Shown: one piece after another, positions 24,481-36,045 of the stretch | Layout of the letters: each line of letters opens with the position of its first letter | How positions within the stretch are numbered: the first letter of the stretch is position 1 | Origin: Octopus sinensis | Lineage: Eukaryota | Reading direction: 5' to 3' | Assembly (NCBI RefSeq): GCF_006345805.1 | Contig: NC_042998.1 | Location: 159,960,001 to 160,024,000 of the forward strand | DNA length: 64,000 nucleotides | Translations under genes and position numbers: made by a program | The notes under the pieces: generated by a model | Seen by the model: only the letters and a program-made list of their open reading frames with translations | What the model was told of the DNA's origin: nothing | Database searches by the model: none

Positions 24481-24795
24481 CATAAAATTAGGGATGCTCA
24501 GCTGGAGAGGGTTGCAGTGAACAAGCCTGTATGTGAAGGCAACCATGCTTTTACTTAGCTTGATGTATCTCTTTTCAAGCACAGCAAATCACCAGGAGTT
24601 TGAGTCTTCTGTCATCCCCTTTGTGAGTCCCAATGTCTATAGATCCTTTCTCACCACTTTGTCTCATGTCTTCCTGGGTCTACCTCTTCCACATGTTCCC
24701 TCTACAATTAGAGATTGGTACCTATTGATGGAACTTCCTTCATTCATATGCATTATATGGCCATTCCATTGACATTACCCATCCAGTGAAGCATA

Positions 24796-25030
24796 GTGGC
24801 TTCATTTCTTCCAAGTTTTCACATATCCTCAGTAGTCACAGCCCATGTCTCAGTTCCATGTAGCATAGCTGTTCGTACACAGGCATCACACAATCTGCCT
24901 TCCACTCTGAGGGAAAGACCCTTCATTACAAACAGAGGTGGTAGCTCTTTGAACTTCACCCAGCCTATTCTTATTCTAGTAGCTATGCTTTTGGAACAAC
25001 CACCCCCACTACTAACTTGTTCACCTAGGG
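24796..25030 (-). pseudogene. RTE-clade RT C-terminal fragment
   Basis: LGEQVSSGGGCSKSIATRIRIGWVKFKELPPL...LCDACVRTAMLHGTETWAVTTEDM, near-identical to 39700-39910 on +. Confidence 0.9.
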
Positions 25031-25082
25031 ATCCCTCCTGGAATACCAGGGAGTCTATTTGTATGTAAATATATTGGGTTGA

Positions 25083-25660
25083 GGAATAATTCATGCGCGT
25101 TTTTTTCAAATTTAAACAAAAAAAATATAAATTAATGAATAATATACTCTTCATTGTTTACGACTTTCTCCCATCATTCAATAAGTATTTCAATGCCTTG
25201 GTAATAGAAATCTCCTGGTCTTGACTCATAGAATTCATCCAATCAAGCCCTCAATTCCATGTCATTATTGAGCAATACACTGTGCAAAGCATTTGAAAGT
25301 AGTTGAAAGAGATTAAAATCTGACAGTACCAAGTCTGGAGAATATGAAGGATGAGGCAGCAATTCCCATCTGAGTTCTTGAAGTGCAGATTTGGTCATAT
25401 TGGCAATGTGAAGACAGGCGTTGTCGTGTTGCAGAAGAATGCCATTTTGCCTATTCGGTCTTTTTTGCTAAATTGCTTTGTTGAGTTGGTGCAGTCGTTG
25501 AACATAGAGCACTGCATTGAGTGTTTGGTTGCACTCAAGCAGTTCATAATGAATTATGCCTTCTCAGTCCCACCATACACACATGGTCTTTCAAGGACGA
25601 AGGTCTTGTTTTGCTTGTGGAATCGCTTGTTTGTTAGGGCTGAGGATGCTAGATTCCCTT
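25083..25660 (-). pseudogene. Mariner (DD34D-type) transposase 3' half plus terminal repeat
   Basis: Minus-strand GILLQHDNACLH...WELLPHPSYSPDL motif; tattgggttgaggaataa terminus at about 25083. Confidence 0.85.
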
Positions 25661-25769
25661 GTTCAAAAATATAAGGAAACAGATCGTGTCATGTAGCCAG
25701 CTAGAGACGATGTCTCCTGGGGCAAACAGTCTTTACTACATATATGAATATATATATATATATATAGCC

Positions 25770-26320
25770 AGGGGTGTAACCAGCCCACTTATGCATACCT
25801 TTCCTTCATTGGACTCTAAACTCTGCTTGCGAAGACCTGTTGAGGCAAGTGAAATCGAAATCAAATTCGATGACTGGCATTCGATGACTAAGAGCACCGT
25901 CCAAGTGTGATCGTTGCCAGAGCGGCTAACTGGCTTCCGTGCCGGTGGCATGTAAAAAGCACCATTCGAGTGTGATCGTTACCAATGTCGTCTTACTGGT
26001 ACTTGTGCCGGTGGCACGTGAAAAAACATTTGAGCGAGGTCATTGCCAGTGCTGCTGGACTGGCTCCTGTGCAGGTGGCACGTAAAAACACCATTTGAGC
26101 ATGGCCGTTGCCAGTACCACCTGACTAGCCCTCGTGCCAGTGGCACGTAAAAGCACCCACTACACTCTCGGAGTGGTTGGCGTTAGGAAGTGTATCCAGC
26201 TGTAGAAACTCTGCCAGATCAAGATTGGAGCCTGGTGCAGCCATCTGGTTTGCCAGTCCTCAGTCAAATCGTCCAACCCATGCTAGCATGGAAAGCGGAC
26301 ATTAAACGATGATGATGATT
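25770..26320 (+). mobile_element. RTE 3'UTR/tail with ~58-bp internal repeats
   Basis: Repeats of gtgccggtggcacgtaaaaagcaccatt...gatcgttgccag followed by the canonical tail. Confidence 0.85.
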
Positions 26321-26849
26321 ATTATATATATATATAATCAAAATAAGTAACAAGGATATCCAGCGGTAATGCAGTACAATCGTTTCATGCGACTCCATTT
26401 AATTGAACAATGCAATCTTTTCATTACATCAATTTAAAATGTAGAGCAATCTTCAGCTGCACAAAGACATAGAATTTAATTAAATTAGGACACATTAGTA
26501 TAATTTTACCCCAAACCTCCAAGAGGCTAAGGAGATAGACAACGAACATGTTTTACATGTTTTATTCTTATTACTTATTTTTTATATGTATTTTGCCTCT
26601 AGGCCTGTGTTTTCTTTTGCATGTGCGTATATAGACGTGTGTATGAACCTTTTTTGTGCACGTGTGTGTGCGAGTGTGTATGCGGGTATGTATATATTTT
26701 TTGGTGAATGTGTGGGTGAGCATGTGTGTGTTTCAAGTGAGGGTGGATGAGTATATACTTATAGGCGCATGTACATGGGTGTGCGGGCGCGCATGTGTAG
26801 GTATGGACATGCGCGCTTACGCGAATACTATGGACTTTTTTGCTCCCTT

Positions 26850-27140
26850 ACCTTTACTCCCTCCTCTCACTTAGCAGTCATTCTGATAGCTCTTTTGTCT
26901 TAATAACGGTCAATCACGCAGTAATTTCCCTTTGCTTAACGGTAATTTACATAGCATTTTTTTTGATGGCGGATAACTGAAGAGATGGCAGCGTGAGTTT
27001 CTGCCCCGACATCTGAAACTCAGAGTTTTATCATGGCAACCAAATAATTGTCACATATATTTACAGATAAATTTTTCTATTTATATAATATCAAGGTCTC
27101 TTTCATTCTTTTGTTGTCTTACCATTTCTATCAATACATA
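26850..27140 (+). mobile_element. Penelope pseudo-LTR copy
   Basis: Matches 20560-20775 and 6968-7150. Confidence 0.7.
26972..27032 (+). ncRNA. Candidate minimal type I hammerhead ribozyme (PLE-associated)
   Basis: GAUAA-CUGAAGA-GAUGGCAG...CUGCC..CAUCU-GAAA-CU-CAG-AG-UU/UUAUC. Confidence 0.55.
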
Positions 27141-27469
27141 TATCATCATAATCATGGCTTGACTTTTATTGTCCTTTTATTCTTTTGTTTTGTCTATCTA
27201 CCTACCTACCTGTATGTCTGTCTGTTTGTCTGTCTACCTATTAAGTTGTCCAGAAAGTTCTGAGCGTTTTTAAGTTAAATCTTTTAATGCTTCATTGAAC
27301 ACACCCGAAATGTAACACAGTTAAAACTTCAGCATTGCTTGAAGTGGTCGTGCATCTCTTCTTTGTTCCTGACTAAAACTAGATTTATCTTTCATTCCGG
27401 TTACCCTTTATTGATATTTGAAATGGACAACCAAAAACTTCATATTCGTGTTGTAATGTTTTTCTTCAA

Positions 27470-27880
27470 AATCAAATTCGATGACTCGCATCTGTGCTAG
27501 TGGAGCACTAAGAGCACCATCCGAGCGTGATCGTTGCCAGAGCGGCTAACTGGCATTCATACCGGTGGCATGTAAAAAGCACCATTTGAGCATGATCGTT
27601 ACCAGCATCGCCTTACTGGCACTTGTGCTGGTGTGCAGGTGACATGTAAAAAAAAATGATTTTTTTTGTGGCCGTTGCTAGTACCGCCTGACTGGCCCTC
27701 GTGCCAGTTGCACATAAAAGCACCCATTACACTCTCGGAGTGGTTGGCGTTAGGAAGGGCATCCAGCTGTAGAAACTCTGTCAGATCAAGATTGGAGCCT
27801 AGTGCAGCCATCTGGTTTGCCAGTCCTCAGTCAAATCATCCAACCCATGCTAGCATGGAAAGCAGACGTTAAACAATGAT
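27470..27880 (+). mobile_element. RTE 3'UTR/tail copy
   Basis: Same internal repeats and tail as 25770-26320. Confidence 0.85.
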
Positions 27881-27921
27881 GGTGATGATGATGATGGTGA
27901 TGGTAATGGTGGTGGTGGTGG

Positions 27922-27955
<34 letters not shown>

Positions 27956-27966
27956 GGTGGTGGTGG

Positions 27967-28005
<39 letters not shown>
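27876..28005. repeat. Expanded compound (GAT)/(GGT) tail microsatellite
   Basis: Read directly; explains the poly-H and poly-S/P pseudo-ORFs. Confidence 0.95.
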
Positions 28006-28007
<2 letters not shown>

Positions 28008-28269
28008 TGCTGCAAAGGCTTGCGAAAACATTTGTGAAGTTTATGGTGGTGATGCTGTAGGTGAAATCAACTGTTCGAAGGTGGTTCGCAAAATTTAAAA
28101 CTGGAGAGTTTAGTTTGGAAGATGATTGTTGTAGTGAAAGACCTTCAAAATTGTATGAAAATGTTTTGAAGGCAAAATTCAAAGAAAACTCGAATATCAC
28201 AACTAGAGAACTTGCAGAGGAGTTGGAAGTTTCTAAAAGTACAACTCATGAACACCTAGGATTCATTTC

Positions 28270-28630
28270 TCACTATAACACCCCATTCAAGCGTGATCGT
28301 TACCACGTCGCCTTACTAGCACATGTGCTAGTAGTACGTGAAACATTTGAGCGAGGTCGTCGCCAGTGCCGCTGGACTGGCTCCTGTGCAGGTGGCACAT
28401 AAAAAGCACCATTTGGGCGTGGCCGTTGCCAGTACCAACAAACTGGCCTGCATGCCGATGGCACATAAAAGCACCCACTACACTCTCGGAGTGGTTGGCG
28501 TTAGGAAGGGCATCCAGCTGTAGAAACTCTGCCAGATCAGATTGGAGTCTGGTTCGCCAGACCTCAGTCAAATCATCCAACCCATGCTAGCATGGAAAGC
28601 AGACGTTAAATGATGATGATGATGATGATA
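28270..28630 (+). mobile_element. RTE 3'UTR/tail copy
   Basis: Same family; ends (gat)n at a (TA)n tract. Confidence 0.85.
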
Positions 28631-28789
28631 TATATTTATATATATATTTATACATATATATTTATATATATATATATATATATATATCATCATCATCATC
28701 ATCATCGTTTAACGTCCGCTTTCCATGCTATATATATGTATATATATGTATATATATACATATATATTTATACATGTATTCATATATAT

Positions 28790-28822
<33 letters not shown>

Positions 28823-28859
28823 TATATGTATCATAACAAAATCCAAATATTATAAAAGC

Positions 28860-29845
28860 AAAATTTTTTTCTTGAGAGACCTTGCTGCATGCAATCAAGC
28901 CCTATGCATACCACTTGTGGAAACTCACCTCAGCCCTGATATAGAGGATGCAGAAGTACATGTACCAAAATATACCATACTGCGAACAGACAGAGTGGAA
29001 AGGAGCCATGGTGGAGTTGCTGTATACATCTGTGATGACCTCACACCCCCAGGTCTTACTGTCATACTCAAATTCAGTATGTGACACTCTATTTGTATAC
29101 ATAATACATCACAATATAGTCATATGCAATATATATTGCCCACCAGATGCCCCAAGCCACATAGGCAAGTTTGAAGATTGCCTCACAAGAATTAAAGAAA
29201 TCCTCATACATCTGGAAAACAATGTGAGCTTAATTCTTATGGGTGATTTCAACTTCTCCAATGTCAAATGGCATGAAGGCCTCACGCTCTCAGGAATGAC
29301 TCATTGCAAACAAGCACAGGTGGAGTCCTTGCTCAACCTCACCAGTGCTCTATTCATAGAGCAACTTCTGCTCAGACCAACTAGGGGAATAACATTTTGG
29401 ATCTCTGCTTCATGAACAATATGGACATCGCCAACATTAGTCTTGGATCACAACATAATAGAGCTGTCCATGTTTGGGCCAAAAGTCACCAGAGACATAC
29501 AGCCTAAAGGAAGCACCCGAAATCTCTCCAATCTCAACTTCCACAAAGAGATCCAAAAAGAGATCCTCAGACAGGACTGGTTGAAATATCACTCCACACC
29601 AGACATTGGCATGAAACTAGAATATTTCATGTTTGTTGTGCAAGTCACATGCCAGAAATATGTCCCAGAGCACAAGGCCAAAACAAATAGGAACAAGATT
29701 CCAAGGGAGAGGAATATCTTCATGAGATGACAGACGAAGGTTGCAAATCACCTCAACCAACAAACCAAAAGTAGCAAAAGGCCTTGCCTAAAAACAACAC
29801 TAATTGAGATTGAAAAAAGCCTGCAACAATCCTATGTGATCTAAC
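28860..29845 (+). pseudogene. LINE ORF2 N-terminal APE endonuclease remnant (CR1/L2-like group, tentative)
   Basis: LVETHLSPDIEDAEV..PKYTILRTDR..RSHGGVAVYI; ICNIYCPP; ILMGDFN; PTRG; DHNII across three frames. Confidence 0.85.
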
Positions 29846-30092
29846 TTATTACAATATTAAGATTCTTATTTTTTCCAAATGTATTTTTATACAGATTTTG
29901 TACTGTGTGTGTTTGGAAACTTTCATTTTCATACACAAAACTTGTTTTTGGTTGTTTTTTCTTCTTTTTCTTTTTTGGCATATTTCAATTTATAACCTGA
30001 AAATTAGAAAATTGATTTTGCATTTTTGGATTTCACATTACATTTAGATTTTCAGGAATACATTACATACCAATAACATGAGAGATTATTGC

Positions 30093-30134
<42 letters not shown>

Positions 30135-30646
30135 GTTTGTGGGTATGCAAGGATTTTGAAAATACCTCATGTAATGATGACTGTGCCTTGCAAAATTACA
30201 GGCTGCTCTTTGGCAAAGCCTAGCACCTATTCAGCCACCCTGCCAGAGATATGGTGAAGTCATGGGACTGCAGCATGGCAAATTGAAGAGGTAGTGGAAG
30301 AGCTCAACTGAGCCAGCAGTGCTTCTTACATTGATACAGAGCAGAGGAATCCCAGATGATCAACAGTCAGAATCACCAGGCTCTATCAATGGAAATATTG
30401 CAATGCATCCATAGGGGTGGCACCCATGGTTGTGAAATCAGATAATGAAAGAATTACTTTGACTCAAGCTCCCAATTCAAATTCATAATAATAGAATTGG
30501 ATGGAAGTCTGTGAAAGTGGCCAAAATATATATATATGAATGAATATATACATGAATGAATATATATATATATATATATATATGAATATATTTAAATATA
30601 TATATATATATGAATATATATAAATATATATATATATATATGAATA

Positions 30647-33290
30647 AGACCCGGCAAGACTAGTCAGGTCATAACCCGTGGCCCCTACCTGGGACGTAGT
30701 CAGTCCACCTGTACATACCTTCCTTCTTGTGACACTTGTGAAGACCTGTTGAGGCAAGTGAAAATCAAATCAAAACAAATCAAAATAGATGAACATCAAT
30801 GGAATTTGTATCTTTGTGGTACCAGTGCCGGTGGCACACAAGAATCCATCCGAACGTGGCCGTAGTCAGTACCGCATCACTGGCCATCGTGCTGTGGGCA
30901 CATAACAAACACCATCCGATCGTGGCCATTCGCCAGCCTCATCTAGCACCTGTGTCGGTGGCACATAAAAACACCATCCGAAGACCCGGCAAGACCAGTC
31001 AGGCCATAACCCATGGCCCCTACCTGGGACGTAGTCAGTCCACCTGTGCATACCTTCCTCCTTGTGATACTTGTGAAGGCCTGTTGAGGCAAGTGAAAAT
31101 CAAAATCAAAATCAAATCAAAACAAATCGAAATAGATGAACATCAATGGAATTTGTATCTTTGTGGTACCAGTGCCGGTGGCACACAAGAAAACCATCCG
31201 AAAGTGGCTGTAGCCAGTACCGCATCGACTGGCCTCCGTGCTGTGGGCACATGACAAACACCATCCGATCATGGCCGTTCGCCAGCCTCATCTAGCACCT
31301 GTGTTGGTGGCACATAAAAACACCATCCGAAGACCCGGCAAGACTAGTCAGGCCATAACCCATGGCCCCTACCTGGGACGTAGTCAGTCCACCTGTGCAT
31401 ACCTTCCTTCTTGTGACACTTGTGAAGACCTGTTGAGGCAAGTGAAAATCAAAACAAATCAAAATAGATGAACATCAATGGAATCTGTATCTTTGTGGTA
31501 CCAGTTCCGGTGGCACACAAGAAAACCATCCGAACGTGGCCGTAGCCAGTTCCGCATCGACCGGCCTCCGTGCTGTGGGCACGTAACAAACACCATCCGA
31601 TCATGGCCGTTCGCCAGCCTCATGTGGCACCTGTGTCGGTGGCACATAAAAACACCATCCGAAGACCCGGCAAGACTAGTCAGTCCACCTGTGCATACCT
31701 TCCTTCTTGTGACACTTGTGAAGACCTGTTGAGGCAAGTGAAAATCAAATCAAATCAAAATAGATGAACATCAATGGAATTTGTATCTTTGTGGTACCAG
31801 TGCCGGTGGCACACAAGAAATCCATCCGAATGTGGCCGTAGTCAGTACCGCATCGACTGGCGCCATCGTGCTGTGGGCACATAACAAACACCATCCGATT
31901 GTGGCCGTTCGCCAGCCTCATCTAGCACCTGTGTCGGTGGCACATAAAAACACCATCCGAAGACCCGGCAAGACTAGTCAGGCCATATCCCATGGCCCCT
32001 ACCTGGGACGTAGTCAGTCCACCTGTGCATACCTTCCTCCTTGTGATACTTGTGAAGGCCTGTTGAGGCAAGTGAAAATCAAAATCAAATCAAAACAAAT
32101 CAAAATAGATGAACATTAATGGAATTTGTATCTTTGTGGTACCAGTGCCGGTGGCACACAAGAAAACCATCCGAACGTGACAGTAGCCAGTACCGCACCG
32201 ACTGGCCTCCGTGCTGTGGGCACGTAACAAACACCATCCGATCGTGGCTGTTCGCCAGCCTCATCTGGCACCTGTGTCGGTGGCATATAAAAACACCATC
32301 CGAAGACCCGGCAAGACTAGTCAGGCCATAACCTGTGGCCCCTACCTGGGACGTAGTCAGTCCAACTGTGCATACCTTCCTTCTTGTGACACTTGTGAAG
32401 ACCTGTTGAGGCAAGTGAAAATCAAAATCAAATCAAATCAAATCAAAACAAATCAAAATAGATGAACATTAATGGAATTTGTATCTTTGTGGTACCAGTG
32501 CCGGTGGCACACAAGAAAACCATCCGAACGTGGCTGTAGCCAGTACCGCATCGACTGGCCTCCGTGCTGTGGGCACGTAACAAACACCATCCGATCGTGG
32601 CCGTTCGCCAGCCTCATCTGGCACCTATGACGGTGGCACATAAAAACACCATCCGAAGACCCGGCAAGACTAGTCAGGCCATAACCCGTGGCCCTTACCT
32701 GGGACGTAGTCAGTCCACCTGTGCTTACCTTCCTTCTTGTGACACTTGTGAAGACCTGTTGAGGCAAGTGAAAATCAAATCAAATCAAAACAAATCAAAA
32801 TAGATGAACATCAATGGAATTTGTATCTTTGTGGTACCAGTGCCGGTGGCACGTGGCACACAAGAAAACCATCCGAACGTGGCCGTAGCCAGTACCGCAT
32901 CGACTGGCGTCCGTGCTGTGGGCATGTAACAAACACCATCCGATCGTGGCCGTTTGCCAGCCTCATCTGGCACCTGTGTCGGTGGCACATAAAAACACCA
33001 TCCGAGCGTGGCCGTCTGCCAGCCTCGTCTGGCACCTGTGTCGGTGGCACATAAAAAACACCATCCGAGCGTGGCCGTTTGCCAGCCTCGTCTGGCACCT
33101 GTGTCGGTGGCTTATAAAATCACCCACTACACTCTCGGAGTGGTTGGCGTTAGGAAGGGCATCCAGCTGTAGAAACACTGCCAGATCTGACTGGACTGGT
33201 GCAGCTTTCGGGCTCCCCAGACCCCAGTTGAACCGTCCAACCCATGCTAGCATGGAAAGCGGACGTTAAATGATGATGATGATGATGATG
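30647..33290 (+). repeat. Tandem array of seven ~300-350-bp RTE 3'UTR units, ending in 58-bp sub-repeats and the canonical tail
   Basis: Unit starts (aagacccggcaagac) at about 30647, 30981, 31330, 31662, 31960, 32303 and 32656; variable (AAATC)n inside each unit. Confidence 0.95.
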
Positions 33291-33346
33291 ATATGAATAT
33301 ATATATATATATGAATATATATATATATATATTATATATATATATA

Positions 33347-33396
<50 letters not shown>

Positions 33397-33400
33397 TATA

Positions 33401-34104
33401 ATTCATAAATGAGGGCAAAGGAAAAAATTTCTAATGCCAAATATGCCGAAAAATTGGACATATTATCCATTAACTATATAATTTTTTCACAATACGCACG
33501 CTACTCGAAAAAAGGTCAACAGACATTTCTAAAAAATTCCATTATTACCACATTGGACCGATTTCAGAGTTAGCTACTAAGAGCCCTCTCTTTGTCAGTG
33601 ATACATGTAGCAAAAGAAATAAATGAGATACTTACTCATACCCATGGAAGAAGCAAACACTAAGTCATGAGCACAACTAAGTACCCCAAATACATCCAAA
33701 ATAGAAATACTCCAGCCCATTCGAGACACGTGCGATTTTAACTGAGGCTCTCACAGAGTGAGATAGTCCGGAAGTGAACGCTTAAATTTATATCTAATGA
33801 GGATAAAATTTCTTTTTAAAAAAATATATTCTTTCGAAAAAAATTTTATCAATGGCCAGCATATTAAAAAATACCTTAAACGGTTAAATTTATAAACAAT
33901 TCATAAATGAGGGCAAAGGAAAAAATTTCTAATGCCAAATATGCCGAAAAATTGGACATATTATCCATTAACCATATAATTTTTTCATAATACGCACGCT
34001 ACTCGAAAAAAGGTCGACAGACATTTCTAAAAAATTCCATTATTACCATATCGGACCAATTTCAGAGTTAGCTACTAAGAGCCCTCTCTTCGTCAGTGAT
34101 ACAT
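33401..34104. repeat. 206-bp direct repeats with 498-bp period
   Basis: 33401-33605 and 33899-34104 are near-identical (attcataaatgagggc...gtcagtgatacat). Confidence 0.9.
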
Positions 34105-34390
34105 ATTCTGTGTTTTAGCAAACATATTCTGTGTTTTACTAGAAAGAGGTAGAAACTGATATCAGTCCGAGATGTAAAGTTATCGGTAAATGTTTTTGAT
34201 TTTCACTCTCGATAAATTTATCCCCTTTTTGTGTTCCCAGCACTTGGCATCCTTATTTAGGAGCCCTTAATTATATTTCTACATGAATAATATTTTTCTA
34301 TATGAATAATATTTTGTCTAATGACTAATTCGTCTTTTGTGCTGAGCCACTGGTAGTAATCTATATTATTACCCTTTTGTTTATATTCGC

Positions 34391-34433
<43 letters not shown>

Positions 34434-34686
34434 GAAATGAGGTAATCAGAAGATCGGATGGTTTATATTTACAGATATTTATTTATATATTACATTTTTT
34501 ACATATATATCATATCACTTAGATCATTAGCGCTTTCTCCCATTCTAGTGGGGTTTTCAAATCAAAATAATTCCTTTGTGGGGAATTTTAATCATTTTAT
34601 AGAGTTTCATAGTGGTGGGGAGGAACAAGACAGCACAAGAGGGTGAGGTGGATGAGGAGAAAGTGAAAGAGAGAACATGTGTGTAT

Positions 34687-34723
<37 letters not shown>

Positions 34724-35138
34724 CACCTGAGGCGAGTGCTAAAGAGAAAGAGGGGAAGGGAGAGGGAAGAAGAAGGAAAGAATTTCCTTAGGTCTGCTGG
34801 ACAGAACACTGACTCCAAGGGGGTTCTAAGAATTTCAGCTTTGACCACTTCAGTGTCACTGAGTGTGTGGTGGTGGGGAGGCAGGCCATAAATTACACCT
34901 CCTTTTATCTGGGGTTTAAGAATTCTTTCCACTTTTTATGATCGTTTTGTGGAGGTGTGTGTGTGTGTCTGTGTGTCCGTGTGTGTTTGTGTGTGTGTGT
35001 GCGTGTGTGTGTGTGTCTGTGTGTTGGGAGAAGGGGAGAGAGACAAAAAGAGAAAAGGGAAAAGAAAAATAAGGGAGGAAGGGGAAAAAAATTGTGTTGA
35101 TATTTATACCACTACATATATATACACACAGACTTATA

Positions 35139-35596
35139 CATGAAATATTTGAAAAAAAAACTTTTATTGGTTCAAAATGAACAACTAAATTACACCATCT
35201 TGAAAATTGTATATCATAGGAAAGTTAAAATTAAAGTGACAATTAAAAAGTAAAGATGGAAGTAAATTATAAAAATAATATAATGTATATAACAGGCAAT
35301 ATATATATACACACACACATATATATACATATACAGACATATACTAAATGTTCTACTATATTAGATTGTAAATCGAAAGATGTGTCCTTCAATGTCACTA
35401 TATATATACATGCTTACACATGAAATATTAGAAAAAAACCACCTTCTATCGATTCAAAATGAACAATCAAATTACCCCATCTTGAAAATTGCATATCATA
35501 GGAAGGTTAAAATTAGAATGACAATTGGCAAGTAAAGATCAAGTAAATTACAAAAACAATATAATGTATATAACAGGTAATATATATATACACACA

Positions 35597-35640
<44 letters not shown>

Positions 35641-35707
35641 ATATACACACACATATTAAATGTTCTACTATATTATATTGTAAATCAAAAGATTTGTCCT
35701 TCAATGT
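35139..35707. repeat. Tandem duplicate (~280-bp period) downstream of a Penelope ORF end
   Basis: catgaaatatt...gtccttcaatgt occurs twice; a fragment recurs at about 48960. Confidence 0.8.
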
Positions 35708-35709
35708 AT

Positions 35710-36045
35710 GATGAGTAAAGTTTCAGCCATTTAATTTGGGGGAGAACTTAGCTATGAAATATTTTTCCATATTCCTCCTGAAAGAGGTGTCGTTCTTCGG
35801 ACATTTATAGAAGGGAAAGATCTTAAATTTTCCTTCTCCACATGTAGCTAGGTGTGTACTTAGTGGTATTTTGCATAGTTCTTCCTGCCGAATATGTTGT
35901 CAGTGAATCCTGGCTCGCTGGCACAAAGAATTACCAGTTTCACCTACGTAATTCTCCTTGCATGTAGGGCAGGTTATGCAGTATATAACGTTCTGCGTCT
36001 TGCAGTTCATATCTGCATTTACTTTGAATATGTCACCACTTTTAA
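35710..36045 (-). pseudogene. Penelope-like GIY-YIG endonuclease C-terminus
   Basis: MNCKTQNVIYCITCPTCKENYVGETGNSLCQRARIH*QHIR...FKIFPFYK...MEKYFIAKFSPKLNG*. Confidence 0.9.

Larger units (their letters stand above)
27238..28270 (+). pseudogene. Mariner 5' half (HTH region), interrupted by an RTE-tail insertion at 27470-28005
   Basis: MDNQKLHIRVVMFF at 27423, resuming as KSTVRRWFAKFKTGEFSLED...RPS...TTRELAEELEVSKSTTHEHL. Confidence 0.85.

Noticed and set aside
27831-28200. Poly-His and poly-Ser/Pro ORFs
   Set aside because: Translations of the (GAT)/(GGT) retroelement tail microsatellite.
30150-30440. Coding-like non-repetitive stretch
   Set aside because: Stops in the frames I translated and no recognisable motif; probably an old TE remnant.
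31070-31105. ctgttgaggcaagtgaaa in each array unit resembling a hammerhead core
   Set aside because: Essential A6 is missing (CUGUUGA), and there is no stem II, stem I or stem III.
30799-33269. Many repeated ORFs (MLWARNKHHP..., MPQQVFTSV...) and a CRISPR-like look of the 58-bp repeats
   Set aside because: They are readings of a non-coding LINE 3'UTR array. The repeats have no unique spacers, there are no cas genes, and the context is eukaryotic.
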